NCBI GenBank assembly: GCA_000004985.1
Contig: GG738891.1
Length of the DNA: 64,000 nt
Direction: 5' to 3' (one strand)
DNA from: Naegleria gruberi
Taxonomy: Eukaryota
This document shows, one piece after another, positions 1-11,152 of the stretch. Every line of letters begins with the position of its first letter. Position 1 is the stretch's first letter. The translations under genes and the position numbers were made by a program. The notes below the pieces were generated by a model. It had not been told where the DNA came from. It searched no databases and worked only from the letters and a program-made list of their open reading frames with translations.

Positions 1-642
1 GCCATCAGAGCATGAGCATGTATTGTTGTCGGTGCAGTTTCCTCGTGAGTTGCAAACATTGAAATGGTCTTGTTGGATGCCAAAACATGAAATGGAAATA
101 GATTCAGATGAGGAATTGTTGGAAAGAGTGGTTTCATTATTAGATATTTGGGTGTTGTTGTTTTCAATAGACTCACAATTCAAACCTGAGTAACCTATTG
201 AACAATTGCAAAAATCAAATTCAATACATGTACCAGAGCCAGAACATACTTCGCTCTCATTACTAAGTAATCCAAAACAAGATGTTATGGAACAATTTTC
301 TCCAATGTAATTAATATCGCATTTACATGTATCTGGTCCAATACATTGACCGTGTTGGGAACAAGTCGTATTGAAATCATCAGGGTCCAGTCCATAACAT
401 TGATAGTTTTCACAGTCGGCACCAAAATATCCACTCTCACATATACACTCTGTTCCATTACTCTCCGAAGAACAATTGCCTCTACCAGAACAAACTTCAG
501 TGATTGAAGAATTGTAAAAAGATGTTGTATCATTAGAACATGATATAGCAGAGACATTCCAATAATGATGAAGGTGTCTATCACTCAACATGAAGAAAAG
601 AAGTTGTATCAATAGAAGAAGTGAAATGAGTCTATGTATCAT
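1..642 (-). CDS. Secreted EGF-like cysteine-rich repeat protein; 3' end runs off the window start. ATG is at 642-640. An N-terminal signal peptide MIHRLISLLLLIQLLFFMLS is followed by at least five EGF/laminin-EGF-like modules of the form C-x-C-x2-G-Y/F-x-G-x2-C.
   Basis: Hand translation of the reverse strand gives a continuous 214-codon frame from 642 to 1 with no stop. The ORF track misses it because it has no in-window stop. It contains a hydrophobic leader, regularly spaced Cys and N-x-S/T sites. Confidence 0.6.
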   Translation of the reverse strand, partial: MIHRLISLLLLIQLLFFMLSDRHLHHYWNVSAISCSNDTTSFYNSSITEVCSGRGNCSSESNGTECICESGYFGADCENYQCYGLDPDDFNTTCSQHGQCIGPDTCKCDINYIGENCSITSCFGLLSNESEVCSGSGTCIEFDFCNCSIGYSGLNCESIENNNTQISNNETTLSNNSSSESISISCFGIQQDHFNVCNSRGNCTDNNTCSCSDG

Positions 643-3222
643 TAGAGTAGACCTCCTCTCTGTGTATGAACATTGAGCAGTAGATGCCTGCATCTTCAGT
701 GTAGTTCCGTATCCTTCAGTAGTATGAAGCATATTAAAAGAGAGGAACAACAGTTTGTTGGTGTTGTTGTTTTTTGTTATTTAATTCTTTGTTAGCAAAC
801 AAAGAGGAGGAGCTATGCTAAATCAGTCCCAAAATACAGGCTATTATATTGAGCATTCAGTTGGCATCTGTGCTACCTTATTGAACTTCTACAATAGATG
901 AAGCTTGCTAATAAGCTCATTTTTCTGAGATCCTTTTCTGAAACATTGGATATACTTGTCGATATCATTGCACTTAATAGTACTTGTGAAGGAGCAAAAT
1001 GAGATTAAGAGCAAGTATCGTCATATACAGAATTTAAATAAGGAAACGCAGATGGATCGTAATAATGAACGGGAGCAAACAATGGTCTTTTCTCTGAAAC
1101 TCATTTTCCTCGATTTTGGTACCCAAGCCAAAATGCTCTGCTTCTAGGAGTGTCCCCCAAACAAGGGGAATGACTAAAGATTTCCTTACTTCCCAAGGCA
1201 GACGTCTGCCACTCGACCAGAAGATGATCTTCCTCCTGTGATGCTCTATTAATACCCATCTTTGAAAAATAGAATCTACATCCGGTTCAAGTTTGTGTTG
1301 CATCGTATCGAGAGAGTTGATTGGTCTCTCCAATTGTCCTCAAGGTATTACTCAACAAATAGGCTCAATATGGATCGGAATCAAGCAACTACAATCATTC
1401 TTAATATAGTTTATTTGAGATATTGTAGTCTTGACTTGTTAGCTTATTAATACTCAGAATTACTTCTTGTGGTTCTCTAATAGTTCAATATGATCGCTAA
1501 AGTTTGGGCCATCTAAACCTCTAGGAATCATCTTATTCGCAAATAATAATGTGGATCTAGATTTGATGAGGAAACAATCACCACCACGTATGCTTTGCAC
1601 TGGAGGCTATCACTCAAACATTTTGAAAGCCAAATATCCTCATTCGAATAATTAAATATAACAGCCGAATTGTGTGAAGAAAGCAAAAAATTGGACCACA
1701 CAATGAGCATTGTTCTGTGGATGATACCACCTTGTGGTAAAGTGAAAAACAAGCTAACAACAAGTGTAAATTCTTGTATTGTTGTGTTCCTAAAAATCAT
1801 CATGTCCAACAATCAGATTATTGCTAATAAAGAAGATTTATTCGGATAATCACAAAATCTTCTCCAACACAGTATTCAGCAAGGTTTGTATTGGTTGCTT
1901 GTTGGTTTCATCCACCCAGACTTAAGCTCCTTCATTCGTTGGTGGTGTAAAACGATGGAGAATGTTCTTCTTGGTGAATTGTGGATATCAACCTTATAGA
2001 CGTAAATCTAGCTTCGCATGACAAGGGAAAGTAATCTATTGTTACTGTGTTTAAACCTTTGGCTATCGTTAGTTTAAATCTTCTCCTCCATCACAAACCA
2101 ATCCAAGTTTTCTCATTTTTTTTGTTGAATATTTAACGGTAACAATTAGCGGAGCGAAAATATTTACTGAGTGGTGAAGTTTCCTTTGCTTTTCTTCACA
2201 AAACGCAGAGTGCCATATTAAAAGTTGATCATGATTTTGAAGATTGGTGACTCAAGAGTATGATTAAATTGTATAATTTAATTACAATTAATTGTAATAA
2301 TAAAATATTATTTCTATTTACCTTTAAAAAAATGTTTAAATGTGAATCCTTCAACATTTTTCTCCGAAACACTAGTACTATTTCCTTTGTTAAATAATGT
2401 AAATTTTCCAATTCAACAACATTAAAACAACAATATGTGGTAGCTGAGGAAAGTAATTGCAAATATTGTTTGATCGACAGTGAGCACTCACTACTTCGGA
2501 AGTCGATTCAACATCTCTCCAAGATTTGATAAACAAAATAATCAGAAGGCTTTCAAGACAATACAGTCCACATTCAACAGATTTACTCAAGCATTTAATA
2601 ATATTCTATTTCTTCTGGCCAATTCCATTCCTCCTCTGTGAACACTGTCAATGTTTATTCAAAACTGGATTCCGATTTATTGCCCTTCCTTGCTTTCCTT
2701 AAAATTCTTGGTGGAGAATATTTATTGCAACTTGTCCTCTCAAAGAACAAATGTATCTGCCAAGTTATTATAATTCTTCAAACGCCTTTTCGAATTTTGA
2801 CTCCATTCTGTACTTTCTCTTGCACTGTGCTCATAGATTTGTTGGAGAAATTAAGGTGTAGAAAGCAATTACTGGAGATTTATCCTGATATAATTACAAT
2901 GTTATTGGAAATTTAACATTCTCATTTACTATAACGAACAAATCACTTCCAAACTCTTAATTGTCTGCTCTATAATATATGGTGGAGAGTATTGCAATCT
3001 GAAGAGTACACCGTTCCCAAACAGACCTCAATATATACAAATTCACAATATCCATACGTATTATTGGCACAATCCCAACCAGGACTGACCAGTAAAGATG
3101 TTGAAGGAGATGTTGTCTAACCAGAAACACAGCAGTGACTGCTTTAAGAAATTAATTTAAAATATGGCTTTTAGTTGCGAAAGATATTCTAGTGTTTTAC
3201 CGTTTTGTGATTATAGATGTAA

Positions 3223-3295
3223 GTACCCTTGGCTCAATTGGAAGAGCATCGGCCTACGGAGCCGGGGGTTGTGGGTTCGAGTCCCACAGGGTATA
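3223..3295 (+). tRNA. tRNA-Arg (anticodon ACG), 73 nt, no intron
   Basis: Cloverleaf drawn by hand. Acceptor GTACCCT/AGGGTAT with a G1-U72 wobble pair. D-stem GCTC/GAGC. Anticodon stem TCGGC/GCCGG with loop CTACGGA, giving anticodon ACG at 3256-3258. T-arm GTGGG-TTCGAGT-CCCAC. Discriminator A. Confidence 0.8.
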
Positions 3296-3362
3296 ACTTT
3301 TTAACTTTTGTAATTTTTCTTACTGGTGTAAGCACAACTAAATCTTCTCAAAAATCGTTTTA

Positions 3363-4655
3363 TTAATCAAAATTATTAAAGAATGAAGACAATGAATCAG
3401 AGCACCAAAACTCATCTCGAACCAAACCTTCCTCAGGAGTTGATTCTAGGGTATTGTTAAAGTCAAATAAAAAGTCTAACTGTGAGAGTTCATCAAGGTT
3501 GGCACTGCTTGTGGCACATGTACTTGTTGTTGCTGATTTTTCATTGCATGTAGTATCCAGTGTTGGTTGCAACAATTTGTAATCAAATGAGGTATTGTTG
3601 TTGGAATAAGCCATCATTGACATCATGGATGGCATACTTGCAACAATATTAGGGTGAACATTCTCCACATCACCAAACTCTTTCTTTACAGTTATCAGCT
3701 TGTTCTTCTTCTTTGGAGAAACAAATGTTTGTTCTTCCTCTTCTTGTTTTACAATGTTTGGATGAATAGTCTTCAGTATGGCATGTATTGCTTCTTCATC
3801 TGAGGACGAAAAACTCTTGCATGCATCATCACTATGTTGTTCACTATCAGTGTCATTGCACTTTCTCTTCTTACTCTCGGTTGTGGTTCTCTTTGAATTT
3901 CTATCTTGAATGAGGAAGGATTCTATGGTTGTCCACTCAACACCATTCGAAGAGTCATCCCTATCTAAAAGTTGTATTCTAAATATTCCCTTTGTACCTC
4001 TATTTCCCTTGTTAATTGATACCTTGAGTTGAGCTCCAAACTCAACCTCTGATATCTTGCTCAAACTACACATTGTCTCTTTACTTAGAAGTGAGTTTCC
4101 ATCTTGTGTCACAAGCATGGTACCATTAGTGGGATCTCTCAATTCAATCATACAATAGTATCGGTTAGGTTGGAATGAAAACTTGCTATTCTTCATAAAT
4201 TTGATATTAATATCAAATTTTAAAACATTACTCTTCTTGATAACAGTGTTGGCTAAACTGCTTGTATCAATATTTGTTAATATTTGGTAGGAGAGAATAC
4301 ATGAGGAGAGGTTACTTGTCTTATCATGTTGTTGTTTGAATAAGACTTGATTGTGAAAGTCGATTGGTTTACGGTTAGGCATTCTGTTGTTGTAATGTAC
4401 AAGATGTGTTTGTTGATTGGTCGGATGTGTTTTTTGTAAACTTGTGTGTTTAGCACCGGATGAACTATTAATAATGAAGGTTGCTTGGCCTTGAAGAGAA
4501 TATTCGGTCAGGTGCTTGTTTGGTAGTGGAGGCAAGCTTTTTGCTGTTCGAGCTCTCAATCTTTTTTTTTGAATATAAAATAATAATATTTGTGATGAAG
4601 GTTGGTCGAGTTGCTTGCCACCTCCAAAATCGCAAAAATTTGTTGTACTTTCCAC
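3363..4655 (-). CDS. Hypothetical 430-aa protein. Ser/Thr/Asn-rich N-terminal half, a central globular region (NRYYCMIELRDPTNGTMLVTQDG...FRIQLLDRDD), and an acidic C-terminus with a DFLFDF motif. Possibly a DNA-binding or transcription-factor-like protein; family not recognised.
   Basis: Long single ORF on the minus strand with coding-like composition. An acidic, hydrophobic C-terminal tail is typical of activation domains. No family assignment is possible by eye. Confidence 0.5.
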   Translation of the reverse strand: MESTTNFCDFGGGKQLDQPSSQILLFYIQKKRLRARTAKSLPPLPNKHLTEYSLQGQATFIINSSSGAKHTSLQKTHPTNQQTHLVHYNNRMPNRKPIDFHNQVLFKQQHDKTSNLSSCILSYQILTNIDTSSLANTVIKKSNVLKFDINIKFMKNSKFSFQPNRYYCMIELRDPTNGTMLVTQDGNSLLSKETMCSLSKISEVEFGAQLKVSINKGNRGTKGIFRIQLLDRDDSSNGVEWTTIESFLIQDRNSKRTTTESKKRKCNDTDSEQHSDDACKSFSSSDEEAIHAILKTIHPNIVKQEEEEQTFVSPKKKNKLITVKKEFGDVENVHPNIVASMPSMMSMMAYSNNNTSFDYKLLQPTLDTTCNEKSATTSTCATSSANLDELSQLDFLFDFNNTLESTPEEGLVRDEFWCSDSLSSFFNNFD

Positions 4656-5179
4656 TCGAGCTGATTTTCAGCGGTTCATTCTCTGTTCAGGCTCGCTTGG
4701 ATTTTGTGCTTAAAAATTTTTTTAGGTCGTGGCATTTTTAGAAGTTCCGCCATGAGCGGGAAAGCTAGTTTGACGTTTACAATGGGAATACTAAATTTTT
4801 GGTAACTTTGATTTTTCACTTTACAATGAAAAATTTTTATTTAGGGATTGTGTTACATCTTTTGAAGGCAACTACAGTAAAATTATACAATGGCAAGTTG
4901 GGAAACTGCCTATATTTAAGTTTGGCTTGTGATTTTTGGTGCTTCTAGCAGAGTTTGAGGGAAAATGCGATTTTCTTTATTCTGAGCCTATTTTTCATTG
5001 TGATAGTGAGGTAACGATCAAAATTCGAACGCCTCTGAAAATACTATACCTCAAATAGTTTCTACTGATGTAAAGTCAATAATTGTGGTTAAAAAAGAGA
5101 AAGAAAGCGTTACATTTGTATTTTATGGCTATTTCTGTTATTTACTATCTATTGCACATTTTTAATGCAATAATGTGAA

Positions 5180-5260
5180 GCAGGGGTTCCCGAGTGGTCA
5201 AAGGGGGTAGACTCAAGTTCTACTGCGCAAGCTTCGTGGGTTCAAATCCCACCTTCTGCA
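5180..5260 (+). tRNA. tRNA-Leu (anticodon CAA), type II with long variable arm, 81 nt, no intron
   Basis: Acceptor GCAGGGG/CTTCTGC with two G-U pairs. Anticodon stem GTAGA/TCTAC with loop CTCAAGT, giving anticodon CAA at 5214-5216. Variable arm of 12 nt (tgcgcaagcttc). T-arm GTGGG-TTCAAAT-CCCAC. Discriminator A. Confidence 0.85.
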
Positions 5261-5429
5261 ACTTTTTATTTTTCGATTACTTAATGAAATTGCTATTTTT
5301 TCTATTTTCTGGTAGTATTTGATTTATACTACATAATTGGAGAGAGTCTATCTGTTACAATATATATTTGTTCGAAAAATAGCCTCGGATTGAAAACTTT
5401 CATTTTTAGCACAAATATTTAATAAAAAA

Positions 5430-5774
5430 ATGCAAACTCAACTATTGGAAACCTTGGAAAGCAACATTTCACACGAGCAAACCATCATACAAAGAACACA
5501 ATCCTATCAAATTATTGGCTTTCTCGGATTTACATGTGCAATCTCTCTCTTCAAGTTTGGAAGAAACAAAAAATTAACAACACCACTAGCAGCTGTCTTG
5601 TTCCCTTCCTCTTGTTATCTATTTGGATATAATACAGTTTTGAGAAGGAAAACAAATAGAAAATTGGAAAAGTATTCGGAAATTTATGAAAATGTGAAAA
5701 ATTCTTCTGAAATGAGTAAACAAGAAGGAAAACAAATTTTGGAATTAATGAAATCTATTCGAATTTCCAAATAA
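5430..5774 (+). CDS. Small hypothetical membrane protein of 114 aa with two predicted TM helices
   Basis: ATG-initiated ORF with hydrophobic segments IIGFLGFTCAISLF and LAAVLFPSSCYLFGY. No homology recognised. Confidence 0.35.
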   Translation: MQTQLLETLESNISHEQTIIQRTQSYQIIGFLGFTCAISLFKFGRNKKLTTPLAAVLFPSSCYLFGYNTVLRRKTNRKLEKYSEIYENVKNSSEMSKQEGKQILELMKSIRISK

Positions 5775-5822
5775 TTAATTCATTATTCAATGGAAGGTGT
5801 GAATTTCATACCTTGTTCAGAT

Positions 5823-6365
5823 TCACTTTTGGATTCGTCTACCCGTTCTAATTCTACTACGATCTTCCATCAAAATTACACAATGACCCATTTCTACATG
5901 TTTTTTCAATTGATATTCCTCATGAACTTCATAGACATTCTCCTTACACACATTGCAATATCTGTAACCATTTAGACTATCACTCATTGAATCAATTTTT
6001 AGTGGACATTCGTATTCCCATTCACAATTTTCTATAAATTCACGTTTGTAATCTATTGGGGAATACAATGTTTTGGACTTGGATAATGGCAACGAGTTTG
6101 GAGAATGAATTTGTAAATGGATGATTCGTCTACGGAGAATGTGCATCCAATTTTTCACATTTAGAGTTTTGGAATAATTGGAAAAGTAGAATAGAACTAG
6201 GGGTTTCCAAATGATTGTTTGAGTTGGTTGAAATGTTTCATCATTTTCATTGTAAACATCTTTGATGGAAACTATTCTTGAAGACATGTTCATCTCTTCA
6301 AGTGGTGAAATATCATCAATTGCATCATTGGCACGAACTTTGGAGAAGAATCGAAATAGTGGCAT
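5823..6365 (-). CDS. Hypothetical 180-aa protein with a C-terminal C2H2/U1-like zinc-finger motif (C-x2-C-x15-H-x4-H)
   Basis: ORF on the minus strand. The motif is CNVCKENVYEVHEEYQLKKHVEMGH. It overlaps a shorter plus-strand ORF that I regard as spurious. Confidence 0.45.
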   Translation of the reverse strand: MPLFRFFSKVRANDAIDDISPLEEMNMSSRIVSIKDVYNENDETFQPTQTIIWKPLVLFYFSNYSKTLNVKNWMHILRRRIIHLQIHSPNSLPLSKSKTLYSPIDYKREFIENCEWEYECPLKIDSMSDSLNGYRYCNVCKENVYEVHEEYQLKKHVEMGHCVILMEDRSRIRTGRRIQK

Positions 6366-6768
6366 TTTTTTATTAGAGGTGTTTCATATGATTGTCGATG
6401 CCGTTTCTATTGTGAAATTCCACACTTTTTATTTTACAGGAATAGTTTTGAATTTTCATTTACAAGTTAGTTTGGATTCCACCAAAAGGAAAACTACAGA
6501 AATTGTTATAGAGGTCAAGAATCAAACCAGGAGTACCAGGAGTGAAAATTGCTTCAACCGTGTCATTGATTGTCCGCCCTCTGTGTGAAACCTCATCCAA
6601 ACAAACATCAGCATCCTCAAATAATAAATGCTCATGCACATTACATGAAAATGCATCCGCACGCTTTATGCACTATTTCTACTCTCAATAAAACGTTTCA
6701 ACTCTCTTCCGAAAATCAACAGAATAACAACAATAAGAAAAAAACAATTTAATAATATTAAAGAGAAA

Positions 6769-7380
6769 ATGGTCGTTGAAATTGCTTACTTTGCTGGTCC
6801 TGGTCGTGCCGAAGTTTTAAAGTTAATTGCTGAAGTTGGTCAAGTTGAATACACCTTCAAGGGTATTCCTCGTGAAGAATGGCCAAATCACAAGGTAACC
6901 TGTAGATATGGACAACTTCCTTACCTGAAGATTAATGATGAAACAACCTTGTATCAAACCATTGCTATTGCTAGATATTTGGCTCAAGAAGGTGGTCTCT
7001 ATCCAACTGACCGTCTCGAAGCCAGTGCCAGTGAAGAATATGTTGCTGCCATTGATGATATCATTGCTGGTTTTGTTAGAATTTTCTTCAGAACCCCAGA
7101 AGAAAAGAGAGAAGAAGAATTGAAAGCCTTTTCCGAAGGTATTTTGAAGACTACTTTGGTTGCTTTTGAAAAGGTTTTGGAAAAGAATGAAGGAAACTTG
7201 GTTAAGGGAAAGCTTACTTGGGCTGATTTGGTATTGTATGATATTGTCGTTAATATTCAATCTAAGGGAGCTGATATTTCCTATGCTCAAAATGTTCTCA
7301 AATTGAAGGAAACTGTCGCTGCTCACGAGAGAGTTAAGGCATTCTTGGAATCTGATAGAAATTTGAGAAAGCAACAATAA
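6769..7380 (+). CDS. Glutathione S-transferase, sigma-class-like (thioredoxin-fold N-domain plus helical C-domain), 203 aa
   Basis: N-terminus YFAGPGRAEVLKLIAEVGQVEYTF...GQLPYLKINDETTLYQTIAIARYLAQE matches the sigma-GST consensus (YF.GRGRAE....G..YE......FG.IP.LE.D.....QS.AIARYL). ATG is at 6769. Confidence 0.9.
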   Translation: MVVEIAYFAGPGRAEVLKLIAEVGQVEYTFKGIPREEWPNHKVTCRYGQLPYLKINDETTLYQTIAIARYLAQEGGLYPTDRLEASASEEYVAAIDDIIAGFVRIFFRTPEEKREEELKAFSEGILKTTLVAFEKVLEKNEGNLVKGKLTWADLVLYDIVVNIQSKGADISYAQNVLKLKETVAAHERVKAFLESDRNLRKQQ

Positions 7381-7655
7381 ATTGTTTACATAACTATTAA
7401 TAATATAATTGATTGATTCAATAATTATCTATTTTTAATGCATTATTGTTCACCATAATGATGATGAGATATCTATCGTTCTTGTCCTTAATAATCACCG
7501 TAATCCAAAAAGAATTGAATTAGAGTTAGGTGCACCTCAAAAATCCTACAATTACCGCTGCTCCTCAATACTCCTCGATACTCCTTATCTTGTTGCTTAT
7601 CTTCTCTGAACAATAATAACATTTCATTTATTAAAAAACAACAAACAACAATAGT

Positions 7656-8870
7656 ATGGATCCATCCAATTTACTGGAAGAAGAGACAACACCAACTCAG
7701 AGAAGGAAATCGGCTGTCGAAACTTCATCCCTCAAAAAGTCAACCATTTCAGCTCTAGTACTAATCGTTACTGGAGTTGCTTGCTTGGTTATCGCCATTG
7801 GCTTTTTATTGGTCAATTACTTGTTGGATGGTAAGTCACTCCATCCTTATAGGGTTTTCTAATTAATAACTATATATTGTGCTAATTCTTCATCTCTATT
7901 AAGATAAGAGAAAATATCAACTTTCAACTTGGACAAAATATAATGATAAAAACATTATGAATCATGTCATGGAATTGTTAGGAGTTTAAATTATCATTTC
8001 CAAAAAATTGAACTCTCTCCAAATAGAAATCTATGGAAGCCAATTGTTAGAGAACTTTTATATCAACTCAAAACTGCTCCTTTAGCCGTCCACAAGATTA
8101 GTTTTGCCTCAAAGGACGATTATTACCTTGCATTAGAATGGAATTTTGTTACCAACAAATACTCACTTGAATATTATCAAAACGGTCAATTATTCACCTC
8201 AGTTGATGTTGATTTGGAAGGAAATTATGTCTTGCCAGAAAAGGGTGCATTTACTCCTTCCTCACTGAATGATTTGGTATTTTGGAATTCTTACACACAA
8301 GCACCAAATTCCCAAAAGTGGAACTTTAAAGCCAACGAAGAATATTTGGACGTAACTGCCAGCACTGGTTTCTATGCAGAAAATGGAAGATTGAATTACT
8401 TGATTACTGTCACTTATTACTCCAAAGGCTTTTCCAAAGTCATTAATGTACCACAAACACTTAATTCTAAATACTATTTGATAACTCCAGATTTGAATAT
8501 GATTGAGGCGTATGATGAAAGTCCAATTGGCAAGAATAAGTTTGGAATTGGAAGAAAATCATTGCTTAACAGTGATAATACTGATGTTAGAGAATTGGGC
8601 AAGTATATGCTCTCATCTCAACATGTTGAAAAATGGTTCTACCAAAAGTTTACTGCAGATGACAGTGGCAGAGATTATTATGTAAAGGTGGAAACTTTGG
8701 ATAATTCATGGTGGTTGGTGCACACGATCGCTGTTGATGATTATGAATATGACCTTGTCAAGTATTTCACTGTAGTTGTCTTTTTGATATCAGTTGTTGC
8801 TGCCTTTGTGTTGATGTGTCTATTTGGAGTTCAATTTAATGTTTACAAGACTCATGTTGCAAAGAAATAA
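7656..8870 (+). CDS. Putative two-exon gene. Exon 1 is 7656..7830: a cytosolic N-terminus plus TM helix ALVLIVTGVACLVIAIGFLLVNYLL, ending at a GGTAAGT donor. Exon 2 runs to 8870 and is open in frame from 7950; candidate acceptors are 8201-8202 or 8135-8136. The downstream ORF encodes a luminal domain and a C-terminal TM helix. Product hypothetical.
   Basis: A canonical GTAAGT sits directly after the in-frame codon GAT at 7827-7829. Both ORFs share a frame modulo 3 and exon 1 is phase 1, as needed. The second ORF's track start (8214) is a TTG, not ATG, so it lacks its own start. The intron would be 300-370 nt, longer than others here, so the join is uncertain. Confidence 0.4.
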
Positions 8871-9139
8871 ACATCTTTGTTTGTTTGGAAAGCTTCTCTA
8901 TTTCCAATCATTGCAAGATTCAATTCAAGAACCACCTTTGAAAACTGGAAATATTAAAAACAAGTTTAGTGACTAATATTAATTCTAATGACAATGTTTG
9001 GCAATGAATTGGCGTCAAGCTTTAGTGATAGAATTGTTAGTTTCCTGTTGTGTGCGAAAAGGTTAATGGGATTGAGTTACAGATTCAGTAATTTGTCAGC
9101 TCAAATATGATTTGAAAATTCTATTTTAATGGTCATGTT

Positions 9140-10927
9140 CTAATCCATTTTAATTGACAATTCTTTTTCCAATTCCTTTCCAAATTCAGAGTGAAATCTA
9201 TAAAAACTGTCGAGCATGTTGTGTTCACACACTTGTTGAATTTCATTGAAAATTGAAATTGAGATGATGCTTTCCAAATTGGTTCCGTTCATTGAATTGT
9301 AGATTTCTATAATTTCTGGAATACCATTTGTAGATCGAGCAATGTTCAATTCGAGAGGAGCTCCCAATATTACATAGGTCTTTACAATTGTTCTGAATAA
9401 TTCGACTCGTTTCTTATTCGATTTGATCATTTTGAATTGTTCAATGGCATTCCACATCATGACATCTTCAGGACAATAACTCTTTTCATTGAATAAAAGG
9501 AATTTTGAATTCCACTTTTTAGAGGTCAAACATTTCTTGATGTGATTCGAAGAGTTTCCTCCAGAACTTTGAGAATCTCTTGGTTTTGAAGAGGAGGTAC
9601 TTCTTTGATAGATAAAAACTGGAAGGAAATGAGCTACAAATGTATCCCATATACATCCAAATACAATAAACATTTGCCATGGAAAGAAATAGTCAACTCT
9701 TTACAATAAATGTTAACTATTTAAAAACTACTAAAAGGTAACTTACAAAGTATTAATATCAGTAAAGAATGAAGGTATGGCATACAATAAACTTGATAAC
9801 AACCATCCTACACAAATTAAAAACAGCTCCAACTTAATTTTCCACACATCATTCTTCATAAACAGAGCTAGCACAAATAATCCAAAAATAATCAACACAT
9901 AAACTCCAAAATGAATTGCCATAATCACCAAATCAAGTGTTCCATTTCCACATCCTTCCACCGAAAGTAAATGAGTGCCCCGAACGAACGAAGATACTGA
10001 GCTATTCAATCTATCTGTTTCAGCAATAATGGCATTGTAATAATCTGCAACTCCAACTGAAAAGTAAATTATCAAGTGAATTCCATAAACAACCAGGAAG
10101 AGTAATCCAATGAATTTGGAGCTTGTGAAAAATCGATAGATTCTCAATTTTTGTTTGTCAAATTTGGAAGAACTCAATCTTGATATTTCTTGGCTGTTTG
10201 TAGAATTTTTGGAGGTTTTTCTTTTAGGAATTTCTACTTGGATGTGTGAATCAGCATTGGTTTGTTTAGTTTCAAGCTGTGAATTAGAATCAGTAGTAGT
10301 TTCTTCTTGATTATTCACCAAAGCAAGTGAACTAAACGATTGTGAAATGGAAACTCCACTCAAACTCTGCAGCTCCACACTATTTCCATTATTTCCACTC
10401 GATCCTTCCACCATAAAACTACTTAGATCATTCAACTCCATGCTTTGGCTCAATAACTTTCGTTTTCCAATTTTCACTTTCAATTGATTCATCCAAGTCA
10501 AGGCAATCAATCGAACACATCTCCCAATGATAATGGCAGCCAATCCAGGCACTGCCATCCAATAGGTGAAGGTAAATAGAAAGCACGGATAGGTCTTTCT
10601 GGAAATGACAACTCTCAACAGCTGAATTAATACGAAAGCATACGAAGTTAAAGTTCCCAGAACCATCAGAGCAGGATTTCTGGCAATGGATATGTAGTTA
10701 ACCTCCTTGTTGCCTATTCTGTTGGTTTTTAGTTTCCATTGTTTGTAGAAGAGGCCAATTAGACAGGCAATTACCATCACTGTGTAGAACCCAAGAAATA
10801 AACCAGCCGAAACTCGACTTGTGGGATAATCATCACATAATCCTCGATAACTCGTGTAGCCCATTTCAAGGAGAATAGGATGACATGCGGCTGATGTATC
10901 ATTGATAGAAGAAATAGAATAGTTCAT
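9140..10927 (-). CDS. 7TM-RGS protein, copy 1: join(complement(9747..10927), complement(9140..9698)), 579 aa. Seven predicted TM helices with a long Ser-rich loop between TM3 and TM4. TM7 and a C-terminal RGS domain lie on exon 2.
   Basis: The exon 1 frame ends ACT TT|GTAAGT: the apparent TAA stop at 9745-9743 is part of the donor. A 48-nt intron ends at acceptor AG 9700-9699. Splicing restores the frame into LVDYFFPWQMFIVFGCIW... (TM7) and then an RGS-like box. The lengths 1181+559 = 1740 are divisible by 3. The RGS box is SYCPEDVMMWNAIEQFKMIKSNKKRVELFRTIVKTYVILGAPLELNIARS...NMLDSFYRFHSEF. The architecture is analogous to plant AtRGS1-type 7TM-RGS. Confidence 0.75.
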
Positions 10928-11152
10928 GATAGAACCTGTGTGAATTTTTTTTCAAGTTTCGGATAATCAAATCATGGATGATTAACGTTAACAAAGACAG
11001 CAAGGGCTTCCGTAAGAGGCAAGGGCTATTAAGTTCCAATTCCAGAAATTGTAAAAAGTGAAATATTTACCATTAATATTTTTACTTTCAAAATTAAAAT
11101 ATTAATTTCCGTTTCTTCTGATTATTATATGTATTAAGAATCGTTTGAGTCT

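Noticed and set aside
956-2916. Short ORFs in the 650-3200 region (956..1147, 1034..1333, 1262..1450, 1528..1812, 2229..2590, 2638..2916)
   Set aside because: No start context, motif, or consistent codon bias. The region reads as intergenic. The 1034..1333 minus ORF is the least implausible, but it is unsupported.
9140-9673. Stand-alone 177-aa and 109-aa RGS-like proteins (9140..9673 and 11153..11482)
   Set aside because: Each is the second exon of a 7TM-RGS gene. Neither has its own upstream ATG context once the upstream GTAAGT donor and AG acceptor are taken into account.
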